Shown here: one piece after another, positions 38,601-49,730 of the stretch
Numbering within the stretch: the stretch's first letter is position 1
Layout: every line of letters starts with the position of its first letter
From: Negaprion brevirostris
Lineage: Eukaryota
Assembly: GCA_030324005.1 (NCBI GenBank)
Contig: JARDVH010000073.1
Coordinates: 69,998,595 to 70,062,014, forward strand
Direction: 5' to 3'
DNA: 63,420 bases
Notes under the pieces: generated by a model
Told to the model about the DNA's origin: nothing
What the model saw: only the letters and a program-made list of their open reading frames with translations
Databases searched by the model: none
Translations under genes and position numbers: made by a program

Positions 38601-40903
38601 GCATTCTCTCTGAGGGCAGACAGCATTCTGAGATTTCCTTAAAAAATTGGAGTCATTGGCAAACTGCTAGAGCAGAAAAATTGGCAAATAGAAAAAGCAG
38701 AGTTCAGTTCCCAGAATTGTCTGATATCCCCACACACATTTCCTTGTGTGAAGTTGGACAATGTGTGGAAAGCTGAGAAGTTTGTCACCCCTGTTCTGCA
38801 GATGGGGAAAAGTCCCTTCTCCACTTAATTGAAACTACCTGGCAGAGTAACAGTAGGGGTAACATTGCAGCAACTGTGGGAAGATCCATTGCTTGAACTA
38901 TGCCAAAGGAGGGCTAAATCACAATACAACCCCATGGCCCTACAATAACAAGCCAAAAACTGGCAATAATTTTCCCCCAGTGCTTAGGTCTCCAATAAAC
39001 TTAAAAGCGAGGGCACTGTTACTCAACCAATGTCTCTGTGAACATTGCTGGGCAGTGGGTGACAAGAGCAGAGCCACAGGCAGATGAGAAAAGAGAGGGG
39101 TCAAAACACACACAAAGATACTATCAAAGGGCCTTTGAAGGCAAGAAGGGAGATGGCAAAGCAGAGGTGTTGAGGGAGGAAGTTTCAAAGAACAAATTCT
39201 ACGTTGGTTATTTAGAAATGGGACTCGTTTTTTTCTAATGGAAACTAAAACTGGGAGAGCATTAAAAAGTGACCGTGCAGCTTCCGTATAAATCTAATTG
39301 GTTTACTCTCTGCCCTTTAAAGAAAGATCCTGCCTGGTCAGATCTAACTCCAGCCCTACAAAATGTGGTTGCCTCTTAAGTGCCTTCTGAAGCCTTCCAG
39401 TAAACCCCTTGGCTGTATGAAAACTGTGAGACTGCAGTAGCTCAATCAAATGGATCACCTCCACCTTCTTAGGATTGAAGTCTGGATGTTGGTCCTGTCA
39501 GTAGCACCACCATCCTGAGAGCAAACTTAAAATGAAAAGACAGCTAACTGAGTTTTCAGGAGGGCAAAATCTAAAATAGAAAGAACTTTGATGCTTTTTT
39601 TTTTGCAGTGAGGCAGCAAAGCCAGATAAAAATACCACAAACATTTTTTTTCTCTGAGTAAAGTCTTTAATCCATCAGCAATGCAGTCACCAAGCATCTG
39701 ACCAGCATTGCTCAGTTAGAAACGAATCACATTGAAATGTCCACAGCTCCTCCTGCAGCCAGGCGGGACCACAAATGATCCGTCTCTTTCTGTGTTTACA
39801 ACAAGCTTTTCCTCATTCAGACGGCAAGGTAAGTAGGGGGAACAAGCAACGTGGCAGAGGGAGGAAACTAATGGAACATGCAGCTCTGAAAGTGAGAGCA
39901 TTGCTGCTCAGAGTTCTGCAGCATGGCCTTCCGATGCATCATTATCGGCATGCATGGCCGAGGCACTGCTGCATTCCTGCCAATGGGCATGCGCAACTGG
40001 CATTCGGCGATGAAGCAGACTTGATGCCCAGCGACAGTGAGCACTTTGGGGCTCTCCAAAATGCATGTCCTTGCCTGAAATCACAAGGATCTCTGCAAAT
40101 CAATCAGTTTAAAAACCTGAGATGATTTTTTTTTGTTTTCTTTTATATTGTTGCTGCAGCTCGAGTACACTTCATAAAGAACAGAGTGGGGAGGCGGTGG
40201 TGGGGAGGGGGGGTGGTGGTGGAAGGGGGATGGGGAAAGAAAAAGCCTTTTATAATTATTATGTTTATTCAAACCTGAGGTATTTGCATCAAGCAGCCAG
40301 GATATCTTTAAACTATTCAAAAAACATTTAAATCAGCCATAATAATAGATACACCACTATTTACATTATATTAATGTCTGCATCCATTCGCAATCAGTCC
40401 ATACAGATTATCTCACAGAAGGTACTTTTCCAGCCTTTAGTGTAGCAGTCTACATTTTAACTGGCTCAGTCACATACAAGGAAGGACAAAGTGCAATAAA
40501 TGGCCTTCTCAGGTAGCAGTCCTGCGCAGACCAGGGTGTGATGCAAAAACAAAGGAAACATAAAACACAAAAAATATATAATTAATAAGATAAAACCAGA
40601 CTTTGAGTATTGCTTGAAGTACTTAAATACCGCACTGTACAACTTTAAATGGGGTGGCCAGTTCCCTCATCTATCACCATTGCCAGAATGTGTGTGGAGA
40701 AATAAATTAGTTTTCTAAAAATGTTCAAGACAAGTCTCAAGTGAAGAGTCAACCCACTTTCTGTATCATAAGAGAGAAAAACATTTACTGCGCTTTTGTT
40801 TCTTTAAAAAAAAGTCCACAGCTTCCACATTGTCTACTTTCAGACGATAAATAACCACAGTTCCTCCCTTTCACGCAGTGAAAATAGCCCAATTCCAACG
40901 GTG
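35640..40903 (-). other. DUSP8: Probable long 3'UTR of the DUSP8-like gene
   Basis: ~5.2 kb without young repeats or gaps downstream of the stop. It ends in a U-rich block with overlapping AATAAA signals (plus-strand tttatttatt at 35652-35661). A proximal AATAAA is at ~40264-40269. Confidence 0.5.
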
Positions 40904-42086
40904 TCACGACACCTCAATGATCTCCATACTGCCGGAAAAGCTGGACTGTTTCCCTATTTTCCCTAGGTCTTCCCTCGACCTGCTCTCTGACATGCCGTCC
41001 TCAAACTCCATCTGGCAGCTCCGCCTCTTGAACTGTTTCTCAATGGCTCCCTCCTCGTGCCAGCTCCGCCGTGTGTCCCTTGGCTCGGGCTGCTTCTCGC
41101 GCAGCCGGACCCCCCCGTACTGCTCGCAGCCGTTTGGTGCAGNNNNNNNNNNNNNNNNNNNNNNNNNNNNNNNNNNNNNNNNNNNNNNNNNNNNNNNNNN
41201 NNNNNNNNNNNNNNNNNNNNNNNNNNNNNNNNNNNNNNNNNNNNNNNNNNNNNNNNNNNNNNNNNNNNNNNNNNNNNNNNNNNAATGCTGCCCCCACAAG
41301 TTGATGCCATTAGTTCCCAAAGGGAGCTGCTGGGCGCTAGGAATATTCAGCAGCAGCGCCTGTTTCAGGTTGTCCTCCACATTGTTGACCTTGTGGACCG
41401 GGCAGGGAATGCCAGTCCTGGTTAAGTTTAAACTTAAGGGATGCACGGGTGAGCTGGATGGGTTTGCGAGATTGCCAATGTGCTTTGGTTTGCGCCTCTG
41501 CCGAGCTTTCGATTCGGCGCTGAAGTCTGACCCTGTGGGCTTATCTGGGCTGTCCAGGCTCGGAGAGCATTGCTCAAAGCCGGGGCTGGCCATTTTGACC
41601 TCGAGTTTGCAAAGCTTTGGGATGTCATCAGAGTCCATCGGTGTGGCGGCCTTGCTGGAATTGAAGCTGACACTTGGTGAGTAGGAAGACTTGACGTCCA
41701 GTGAGAAAGAACGCTTGAGCCGGTTGGTGTCCTGAATCCGCTCTGTGGACAGATGCAGACCATTGAGGCCCTGCTGCAAGGTGATGTGTGATGCAGTCTT
41801 CCAATCAGTTCCACTGCTCTCTGAATCACTGCATTGCTGGTTCACATCCTTCTGCGCAGCTTGCCCTGTAAGCTCGGAGGTAGGGAAGGCAGGACACATC
41901 CTTTCCAAAACGCCTCTGCAGACCTCAGTCACTTCTTTGTCGACTTCCTCCTCCTGTCTGTCTGCCTGAGGCTTCAGGGAGGTTAGGGACCGGACTTTCA
42001 GGAGCTTTAGGCTCTTTTCATACTCAAGCAGCTGCCCCATGAAGTTGAAATTGGGAGATATCGACGGCCTTCGATCTTTGACAAAC
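40904..42086 (-). CDS. DUSP8: DUSP8-like terminal coding exon (end of catalytic domain and long C-terminal tail); contains a 141-N gap
   Basis: Acceptor AG at 42087-42088. Encodes FVKDRRPSISPNFNFMGQLLEYEKSLKLL ... QDTNRLKRSFSLDVKS ... KRRSCQMEFE ... KQSSFSGSMEIIEVS*, motifs of the DUSP8/16 subfamily and closer to DUSP8. Confidence 0.95.
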
Positions 42087-43409
42087 CTTTAACAAGAATA
42101 AAAAGACACTAAGTTGTTTGCAGCCAAGCATCAATTTGTCTATCATAGAAAACTACCATCCAGAGCCATCGGGATATTTTGCAACAATAAACCTAATTAT
42201 TCATTGAATAATATTTTCCTTGTATTTCTATTCACTTATGTACATGTAATAAAACATTTCAAAGTAGTTTACCCTTTCCTGTTCCCTGCAATTAAAGAAT
42301 GCTCAAAACCTTATAGTATATTACCTATAGTAATTTAGTCAATAATTGAGGATTTCCCTCCTCTCAATTTGGGTGCATCCCTGCCACAGAGAGGACCATC
42401 TCAGAAATGCCTCAGTTGTAGGTCTGGCTCAGGGCAAGAGATGGGCACTCCTGTCACTGCTAATGTGCTACATTATTCCTGCAGGAAAGAAACTTGCAGC
42501 CCTGTCAGGAGGCAGGCACCTGTTCAAAGACATCTTTGTTCTACTGAACGTATTCCTTCCGGAAGACAGGACTTGCGCACTGCCGTTGTCAAACTGTAGG
42601 GCCTGAGTATCTTGGTGTCCTGAGGCTCCACGACCAACTAAATGCTGGACACCAGTAAACTGATGGGATGCTCCTGCACCCAGTGGTCCTACAGTTGAAG
42701 TTGCAAGAAAGGGACCAGAGACTGTTCTCCCCTCGTTTGCTAATGATTAACACACACCCTCCCACTTCTGGGTGACAGACTTGTTTCTTGACTGAACCCA
42801 TGGCAGAATGTATCCCCAAGTAACATTTTTGACTTTGCCTTTCCCCACTTCTCCCAGATCTGATGTAAAAAAGTCACTGGTAGGTAGCAAGTGTGACATA
42901 TGGCAGCTGACCATGTAATCTGGGCTATTGTAGTTTAATGGTGTCACCCTTCCTCCTCAACAGCAAAGCGAGCAGTGCTGAGCCAGGACTGGCACTCACA
43001 GGCACCAGCTTGTCGCTCATAGCCATCTGAACTGCTGTAACCTGCGTAATACAGGCAGACAGGCATCAATGCTGCAGTTAATCTGGTCTCTTTCCGTGAG
43101 TAATTTTGGTTTTGTACTAAAGTTGAAAGTGGCTTGATGGCCATATGAACTGAGGGAGACGTTAAACTGAGCACTGATTCATTATCAACCACCCTACACT
43201 GTCATACAGTTAAATCCTCTCTCTCTAACTGTTCTTATATTGCACTCAACTTATGCCAAAACGTACAAATATTACAACAACAGCCACAGCTCAAGTTGGA
43301 TATTGGGCATCCCTGTATGCTTACTATCCAGTTTTAACATATTGGGAAAAAACCCCCAGGCATTAGGAATTAATTCAACTTGAATAGTTGTACACATCTT
43401 TTATGCAGA

Positions 43410-43800
43410 TATGGGGTTGCACTGGTAATGTCACTGTCTAGTAATCCTGAGGCAAAGGCTAATGCTCTGGGGACATAGGTTCAAATCCCACCATGGCAGT
43501 TGGTGGAATTTAAATTCAATTCAGAAATCTACAATATAACTCTCACTAATGGTGACCAACACAACTATCATTGATTGTTGTAAAAACCCATCAGATTCAC
43601 TAATGTCCTTCCTTTATGGAAGAAAATCCTTCAGACTTATTTGGTCTGGCCTACGTGTGACTTCAAACCCTCAGAAATGTGACTGACTTTACACTGATCT
43701 TTAAAATGATCTAGCAAGTCATTCAGTTCAACGGCAATTAGGGATGGGCAGCAAATGCTAGCTCAGCCAACAACTCCCACACCCAATGAAAGAATAAAAA
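43410..43800 (+). mobile_element. tRNA-derived SINE of a further family, in a DUSP8 intron
   Basis: B box GGTTCAAATCCC at ~43478-43489. Tail ggcaattagggatgggcagcaaatgct resembles the LINE end near 55200. Confidence 0.65.
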
Positions 43801-44227
43801 GGAAAAAAGTTCATAACGTAAGATAAAAACATATATACACATGGAGTCAGTGCTATTGAAAGCAGCCAGGACAATACAATTTCATCAGTATTATCATGTG
43901 TCACAGTCTGGCCCTGTCCCCCTCTCGTTTTCACACTCACAGACACAGTTGATTTTATTGTGCATTTTATTTTGTCCAACTGTTTCATCTAAGCTGGTCA
44001 GAGTGCAATGTACAAGTTGTACGGGTAAGTCTGCTTACCAATACAATTGTCCCTCCTGAAGTCAGACCAAATGGCTGGTAACTGAAGACCTTTATGGTTC
44101 AGTTGGATAGTGCAGTGGTTGGAACGAGCACTACCAAAGGGTTTGAGGGAAGGAATAAGAAACATATGCAACGTGGCAGAGACCAAAATCACTCAACTGA
44201 CTCCAGCTCATGACTGGCATTATTTAC

Positions 44228-44351
44228 CTGTACGCGTCATCGGAGGACAGGCCCATGGTCTTCATAATGTAGGCAATGGCAACTGTAGCCGATCGAGAGA
44301 TCCCAGCCAAGCAATGGACAAGCACTCGGCAGTTGGAGACTTTTGCTTTGT
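44228..44351 (-). CDS. DUSP8: DUSP8-like coding exon with PTP active-site loop
   Basis: 124 bp, AG/GT bounded. Encodes [42 protein letters not shown] with an intact HCX5R motif. KTMGxSSDDAYR is DUSP8-type (DUSP16 has KRMDMSLDEAYR). Confidence 0.96.
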
Positions 44352-44574
44352 CTAGGAAGAAGCAGTGAACAGTTTGAGTGGAATGTGTCAGCCTGCTTCT
44401 GACGTTCAGTTTAACTGTTCTAGCCTATACCATATGGAATTAGAAAACAGCCTGAACAGAAAGACAAACCATTCCATAATGCATTTCTCTCACAGCTCTC
44501 GAACTGAAGCCTTAGATCAAAGCCAGGGCTACACACTGCAGCTACACTAATACCATTCTGCTGAATCCCACCTT

Positions 44575-44696
44575 AAGAAGTCTCACAACCCCAGGTTAAA
44601 GTCCAACAGTTTTATTTGGTAGAAAACTTTAACCTGGTGTTGTGAGACTTCTTACTGTGTTTACCCCTGTCCAATGCCGTCATCTCCACATCATGA
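44575..44696. mobile_element. Penelope-derived fold-back mini-element in a DUSP8 intron
   Basis: aagaagtctcacaaccccaggttaaagt ... actttaacctggtgttgtgagacttctt inverted arms; hammerhead part deleted. Confidence 0.8.
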
Positions 44697-44959
44697 CTCC
44701 CATCTTCCCAGTTATCTCTCACATGGAGATAGAATCATTGGAGACTAGAACGAGCATTTAGGAATGTTTGAACAGCACGGGCTGAATGTACCAACGCACA
44801 CCCACAATTTATTTTTCTATTTTCACTCCCCCATTTTCTAAAGGCAATCACTCAGATTGGGGTGCCTTCTTCAGCAGTGTGCTGGGAGCTGAGGGTCCCA
44901 CCACTGCCATGACCCTCTGCGGCTCTTAAAAGATGCTGAAAGCACGTCATGTTTCTCAC

Positions 44960-45119
44960 CGATGAAAACAACAGATTCATCCAACCAGGGCAGAAGCTTC
45001 TCACAGTAGTTGTCGTTGACAGGAATGCGCATGAAGTGACTTTCTGAGATGAAGTCGGGCTTGGGACAAGAGTTGCTGGCATTAAGAACAAATGTGATTC
45101 CATTTTGTGCCATTAAGTC
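44960..45119 (-). CDS. DUSP8: DUSP8-like coding exon (catalytic domain, general-acid D loop)
   Basis: 160 bp, AG/GT bounded. Encodes DLMAQNGITFVLNASNSCPKPDFISESHFMRIPVNDNYCEKLLPWLDESVVFI, in frame with both flanking exons. Confidence 0.96.
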
Positions 45120-47161
45120 CTGCAACAGAAAAATGATTACCGATTAATATACTTACATCATACCAAAATATATTTCTCAAAACCTAAATATGGAATTCTT
45201 CTGACAACAGTATTTTGTAAGTAAGTCTCTCTGCACCAGGGCAAAACCAGAGTGGGTGAGGCAGGAAAAAGCCCCATTGTGTGTACCTGAGATACTGGTT
45301 AGCTCTCACACATAAACACAGATGGTTGCTAACTAATCAAACAGATACTGGGAAGAATTTCTTTAAAAGCAGAGAAGGGTGAGGCTGTGAAACACACTGC
45401 CACATGGAAAGGCTAAAATAGATAAGGGAAACTTGATACATCCATGAAGAGGAAGGGAACAGTGTGGCAGGGGTGGCAAAATAGCACGAAATGTGGAGTA
45501 CAAGCAGTGGAGCCTTCTGGCCTGTTCTGTGTTGTAGGCTCAAAGTAATAGGATGAATTATGTCAGTGAAGTGAAAGTAGTTTCAAGCTAAATTCGGCCT
45601 CTTTTTCTTAAACGTAGTTTCCTGCCCGTATTATTTATTTAAATGTAACAACTAAGAAGCAGACTGCTGCTGTGTTTTTGAGATTGTGAAAATTACAGGG
45701 TGACCATCACTGAAACCCATCCCATCAGTTTCGGCAAGTCAATCCCACTCTGCTCTACTGCAAACCCGTTGAGATATAGTGGCCACAAATTTCCGCTCCC
45801 ATTTTTGTCTGGGGTTTCAACGTCACTTTTCCCACCTGCCATCGGCCTTTGCCAAATTCTGGGAAAATTCCACCCAATAATTCCTTTGGTCAGAGAATGG
45901 CCGGATTTTGTGCAATCCCAAAATTGGAATCTTACAGCAAACACTCAGCCTTCTGGTCGCTAATGAAAGATCTCCTCCCCTAAAATGCAGCCTTCACTTT
46001 GTGGATGCTGACTGGTCTGCAGTCTATTTTTGATTTTCAGCATTCGTAGTTTTCATTTAAAATCAAACACTTTTTTTGGTTTTGTAACGTATTTGTTTCC
46101 TCTCTGTCTTTCCCTCTGCTAAATCTCCCTATAACATGCACCATAGTTTATCCTAAACCTCTGTTAATTCTAATTCTACAAGTGGACATTAAGTGGTCTC
46201 TCCCTCCTCGGGTTGTCAATTCCTGTAGTCTCCAAGAATTAAGGATTGCTTTCCTGATTATTACTTTCCTGCATGCGGCCTGGGAGAAAATCATAGGGTA
46301 TTAAAGAAGAGTTTCCTTTTTATCAAAATATTGGAGAAGGATTTTAAAAATCATTAACTGGGCAAGTGGTTAGAGGCCATGTGATGAAACCTCCAGGAAC
46401 CATAGTTGGCAACTCAATTCTCTCCCAAAATGGCTGAGCTTACTTCTTCAAATTTGATGAAATCACAGGGGCAAGCCTACATTTGACCTAGACTCCATAG
46501 AAATGCGGGAAGAAGCCAGGTTTATACCTCAACTTGGAGCAAGATTCAGCACACTCCTTCATGGTCTGTGGGTGAATGTGGGCAGGAAACAGTCTCAAGA
46601 TATGAAAGCCATAATGACCACCGCAGTATCACAATGCATGGGTGCACAAGGGAATTTATAACCAAGTACCAGTAAAGACATGACCATAGGAAAATAAATC
46701 ATTGAATGGTGTATTAAAATAAGATCATCAGATGCTAAAAAGAGCTGCTGAAGTGATTAATCCACTCTTACTGAAAACGTGAGCTTGAAGCCATCTGGCT
46801 GCAGTCAGGTCTGCAGAGGATGTAGAATGATCTCTGTACTAACCCAGAGGTCACATAGCATGGAATTCAGTCAGTCTGCCTTGGCAACGATACGTGGCAG
46901 TGTAATTGCTGATTTTGTGCAGCTCCCAATGCAACCAGGAGAAAATATGAATGGCACAAACTGCCTAGCTCTTTCAAAGAGCTGTCACAGACACAACAGG
47001 CCAAATGATCATCTTTGGTGTGTCAGATTCTCAAGGCAAGAGATCAGATTTAAGGACTTTTTTTTGATGAGGATAGGGAGGAGTGGGAAATTAATTTCAG
47101 GATTTGCAGGTAATTTGCCCAGATGTCCCATTCATCCCAGTTGTTAGAAATGTAACTGTAC

Positions 47162-47328
47162 CTTGTTTAGCACGTCTTTCTGCGACCCTAAGTACAAATG
47201 TGGGAGGATTCGAGTAGGACCGATGTTGGCGACAGGTAGGCACGGCTGTGAGATGCTCATTGGCAGGATAGCGGTGGGCTTGCCCTCACACAGGCCTGGG
47301 AAACACGATGAAAATGCAGCAAATCCCC
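47162..47328 (-). CDS. DUSP8: DUSP8-like coding exon (end of rhodanese domain, linker, start of catalytic domain)
   Basis: 167 bp, tttgcag acceptor and gtacag donor. Encodes GGFAAFSSCFPGLCEGKPTAILPMSISQPCLPVANIGPTRILPHLYLGSQKDVLNK, starting in phase 1. Confidence 0.95.
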
Positions 47329-47848
47329 CTGCAAAAAACAAAAGAAGGAAAACAAGCATGATTACATTGTTACGTCAGCAAACTTGACTTTTGTCTGCTT
47401 CACAATAATCCTCAACAGCACAAGTCCAAAAATTTATCCAAATTTTGGCTCGAACCAGGCCCAACAAGTGAAAAGCTGCAAAAAGACCTTCCTTCAAATC
47501 ACACTTTTTGTGACAGGAATTCTAAACTTTAGGACCCCTGCTAATTCACATCAAACCTTATTCTGTGAGCTATCACTTTACAGATTGCAAAATTTTACAT
47601 GAACACTATTCTGCTTCAACAACTCAAACCACTCGGGAAACAATGTTGAGATATATTTGCATAATCGCACTGAAAGATTATGGCATGCAGCAGGAGACAA
47701 AGGATGGGGTTTTGTCCTCTCAGTCATGCTTTTCAAGCCCTGTATCATCTCCCCAAAGTGAAGAATCAAACACTCAAACACCAATGAGCTGCTATTTGGT
47801 GACTGGACGCAAACGCAGCCTTCAATTCCCCCTGAAAAGGCTTCCTAC

Positions 47849-47882
47849 CTGTTTCCACTTCCAGAAAGAGAAAGCACTGCAT
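47849..47882 (-). CDS. Candidate alternative first coding exon of DUSP8-like gene (MQCFLFLEVET-G)
   Basis: ATG with A at -3, 11 codons plus 1 nt, and a CAG|gtagga donor. Phase 1 matches the 47328 acceptor. No transcript evidence. Confidence 0.35.
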
Positions 47883-47930
47883 TGTAACCGAGCAGAAAAC
47901 ACAGGAAGAAGGCACACAGTTTGTGCGAGG

Positions 47931-47956
47931 GAGAGAGAGAGAGAGAGAGAGAGAGA
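47931..47956. repeat. (GA)n microsatellite
   Basis: Pure GA dinucleotide run. Confidence 0.95.
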
Positions 47957-48740
47957 CAGCCTCTCTCAGGTGTGCAGAGCCGAATGACGTTATGCAAAAC
48001 CTGGCAGCTGAACCCACATGACCACAGCTTCACTCAAGAATGATTCAATCTTTCCTGCTACACTGCGTAAATTTACACAACTCTTAATGACTGATGAGAA
48101 CTGCTCTGCACAAACCGCAGAACTTCCATCCACCATCCCCCACAACAGAAACACTTTCATTGTGTTGATAACCAGCACTTGAGAACTGCTTCTGTTGTAG
48201 TCAAATGAGCTGGTGAAACTGAAACGGCCAAAACCGATGCCAGGAGCATGTACTGAAGTGGAACTTGGTCATGTTACAATTTTCAGTAATCTCCAAAGCC
48301 AAAAGATCACTGAAATATTAGTACAGCTCTGTGAGAGGGTAATAACTTGCAAAGGAAGTCTGCAACTGAGGTTAACACCAGCACTTGTTTTTCTGTCTAA
48401 ATCGCCTTTAGACGTCTGAAACGCAAACCATTTTTTTCAGTTTAGGAGCGTGCTGCTTGCCTAAGATTCAAACTGCCATCAATTGGACCTGTTCTATTGC
48501 CTCATTCAAATGAAGAGCTGATTTCATACAAAAATGAAAAACAGCACCCTGTATCACACTCAATAAACAGGAGTATAAAATGTTTTTTTCCCCAGAGTTT
48601 AAAGATCAAAGCTGTATCACAGAGTAACCTCTGATAACAGCCATGAATTAAAAGTGCATAATCCATTATATCACACTTTTATTACAAGCATGTCTCAGGA
48701 ACAGTTTTCTGCTCCTGAACTAAACTGTATGTTCTGTTCG

Positions 48741-49031
48741 TGACAAGGTACCTCACAAGAGGTTATTGCAGAAGGTCACGGGGCATGGAGTTGGGGGTAG
48801 GGTGTTAGCGTGGATAGAGGATTGGTTGTCAAATAGGAGGCAGAGAGTGGGGGTTANNNNNNNNNNNNNNNNNNNNNNNNNNNNNNNNNNNNNNNNNNNN
48901 NNNNNNNNNNNNNNNNNNNNNNNNNNNNNNNNNNNNNNNNNNNNNNNNNNNNNNNNGATCTTATTGAATGGCGGGGCAGGCTCGAAGGGCTAGACGGCCT
49001 ACTCCTGCTCCTATTTCTTATGTTCTTATGT
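48741..49031 (+). mobile_element. Young CR1 copy collapsed across a 100-N gap
   Basis: DKVPHKRLLQKVTGHGVGGRVLAWIEDWLSNRRQRVGV before the gap, 3' tail after it. Confidence 0.85.
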
Positions 49032-49069
49032 TAGCCAGCAAAGGAGTAGAAAGACTGGCAAACTAGATC

Positions 49070-49262
49070 TCATGGTGTGGAGATGTCGTTGTTGGACTGG
49101 GGTAAACACAGTAAGAAATCTCACAGCACCAGGCTAAAGTCCAACAGGTTTATTTGGTAGCAAAAGCCACTCGCTTTCGGGGCTTTGCCGAAAGCCCCGA
49201 AAGCTAGTGATGCCTGCTACTCAATAAACCTGTTGGACTTTAACCTGGTGTTGTGAGACTTC
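49070..49262. mobile_element. Penelope-derived fold-back mini-element
   Basis: ~145-bp hairpin centred near 49188 (gctttcggggcttt-gccg-aaagccccgaaagc). Confidence 0.8.
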
Positions 49263-49329
49263 AAACTAGACCTCAACCAGGAACTCATAACACAGTGGAC
49301 CTGGCACATTAGTAACATCATGTCATGAG

Positions 49330-49730
49330 TTCGGGTTCAGCGGGAGCATTCTTGACTGGAAGGCTTAACTGATTATGGACTCGAGCTCCACTGCGGAGAC
49401 CAAACCATGTATTCTAGAGTGACACTTCAACGCAGTACTGAGGAAATGAGGCACTCTCAGAGCTGCTGGATATACATTAGGCCGAGACCTGGGCTGCCGT
49501 CTCAAGTGGATGTGAAAGATCTCATGGCAGTATTTTGAAGATGAGGTGTCCTGGCCGATATTTATCCTTCGGTCACAAACAGCAGTCAACCTGGTCATCA
49601 TTTTGGTGTTGGCTGTGACAACTTATGTTCTGCACATTTTTGACATTACAATAGTGATTTCACTTCAAAAGTACACGATTGGCTGGAAAGCTCAGAGGGT
49701 GAGAAAGTCACTTTGTAAATGCAAGCTAGA
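49330..49730 (+). mobile_element. DeuSINE-like element
   Basis: Core ggccgagacctgggctgccgtctcaagtggatgtgaaagatctcatggcagtattttgaag and tail cacttcaaaagtac. Confidence 0.65.

Noticed and set aside
40187-40235. G-rich tract with G-quadruplex potential
   Set aside because: Such tracts are common in vertebrate DNA, it is C-rich on the mRNA strand, and nothing else supports a function.
40878-41684. 268-aa plus-strand ORF
   Set aside because: Antisense shadow of the DUSP8 terminal exon, lengthened by an N gap.
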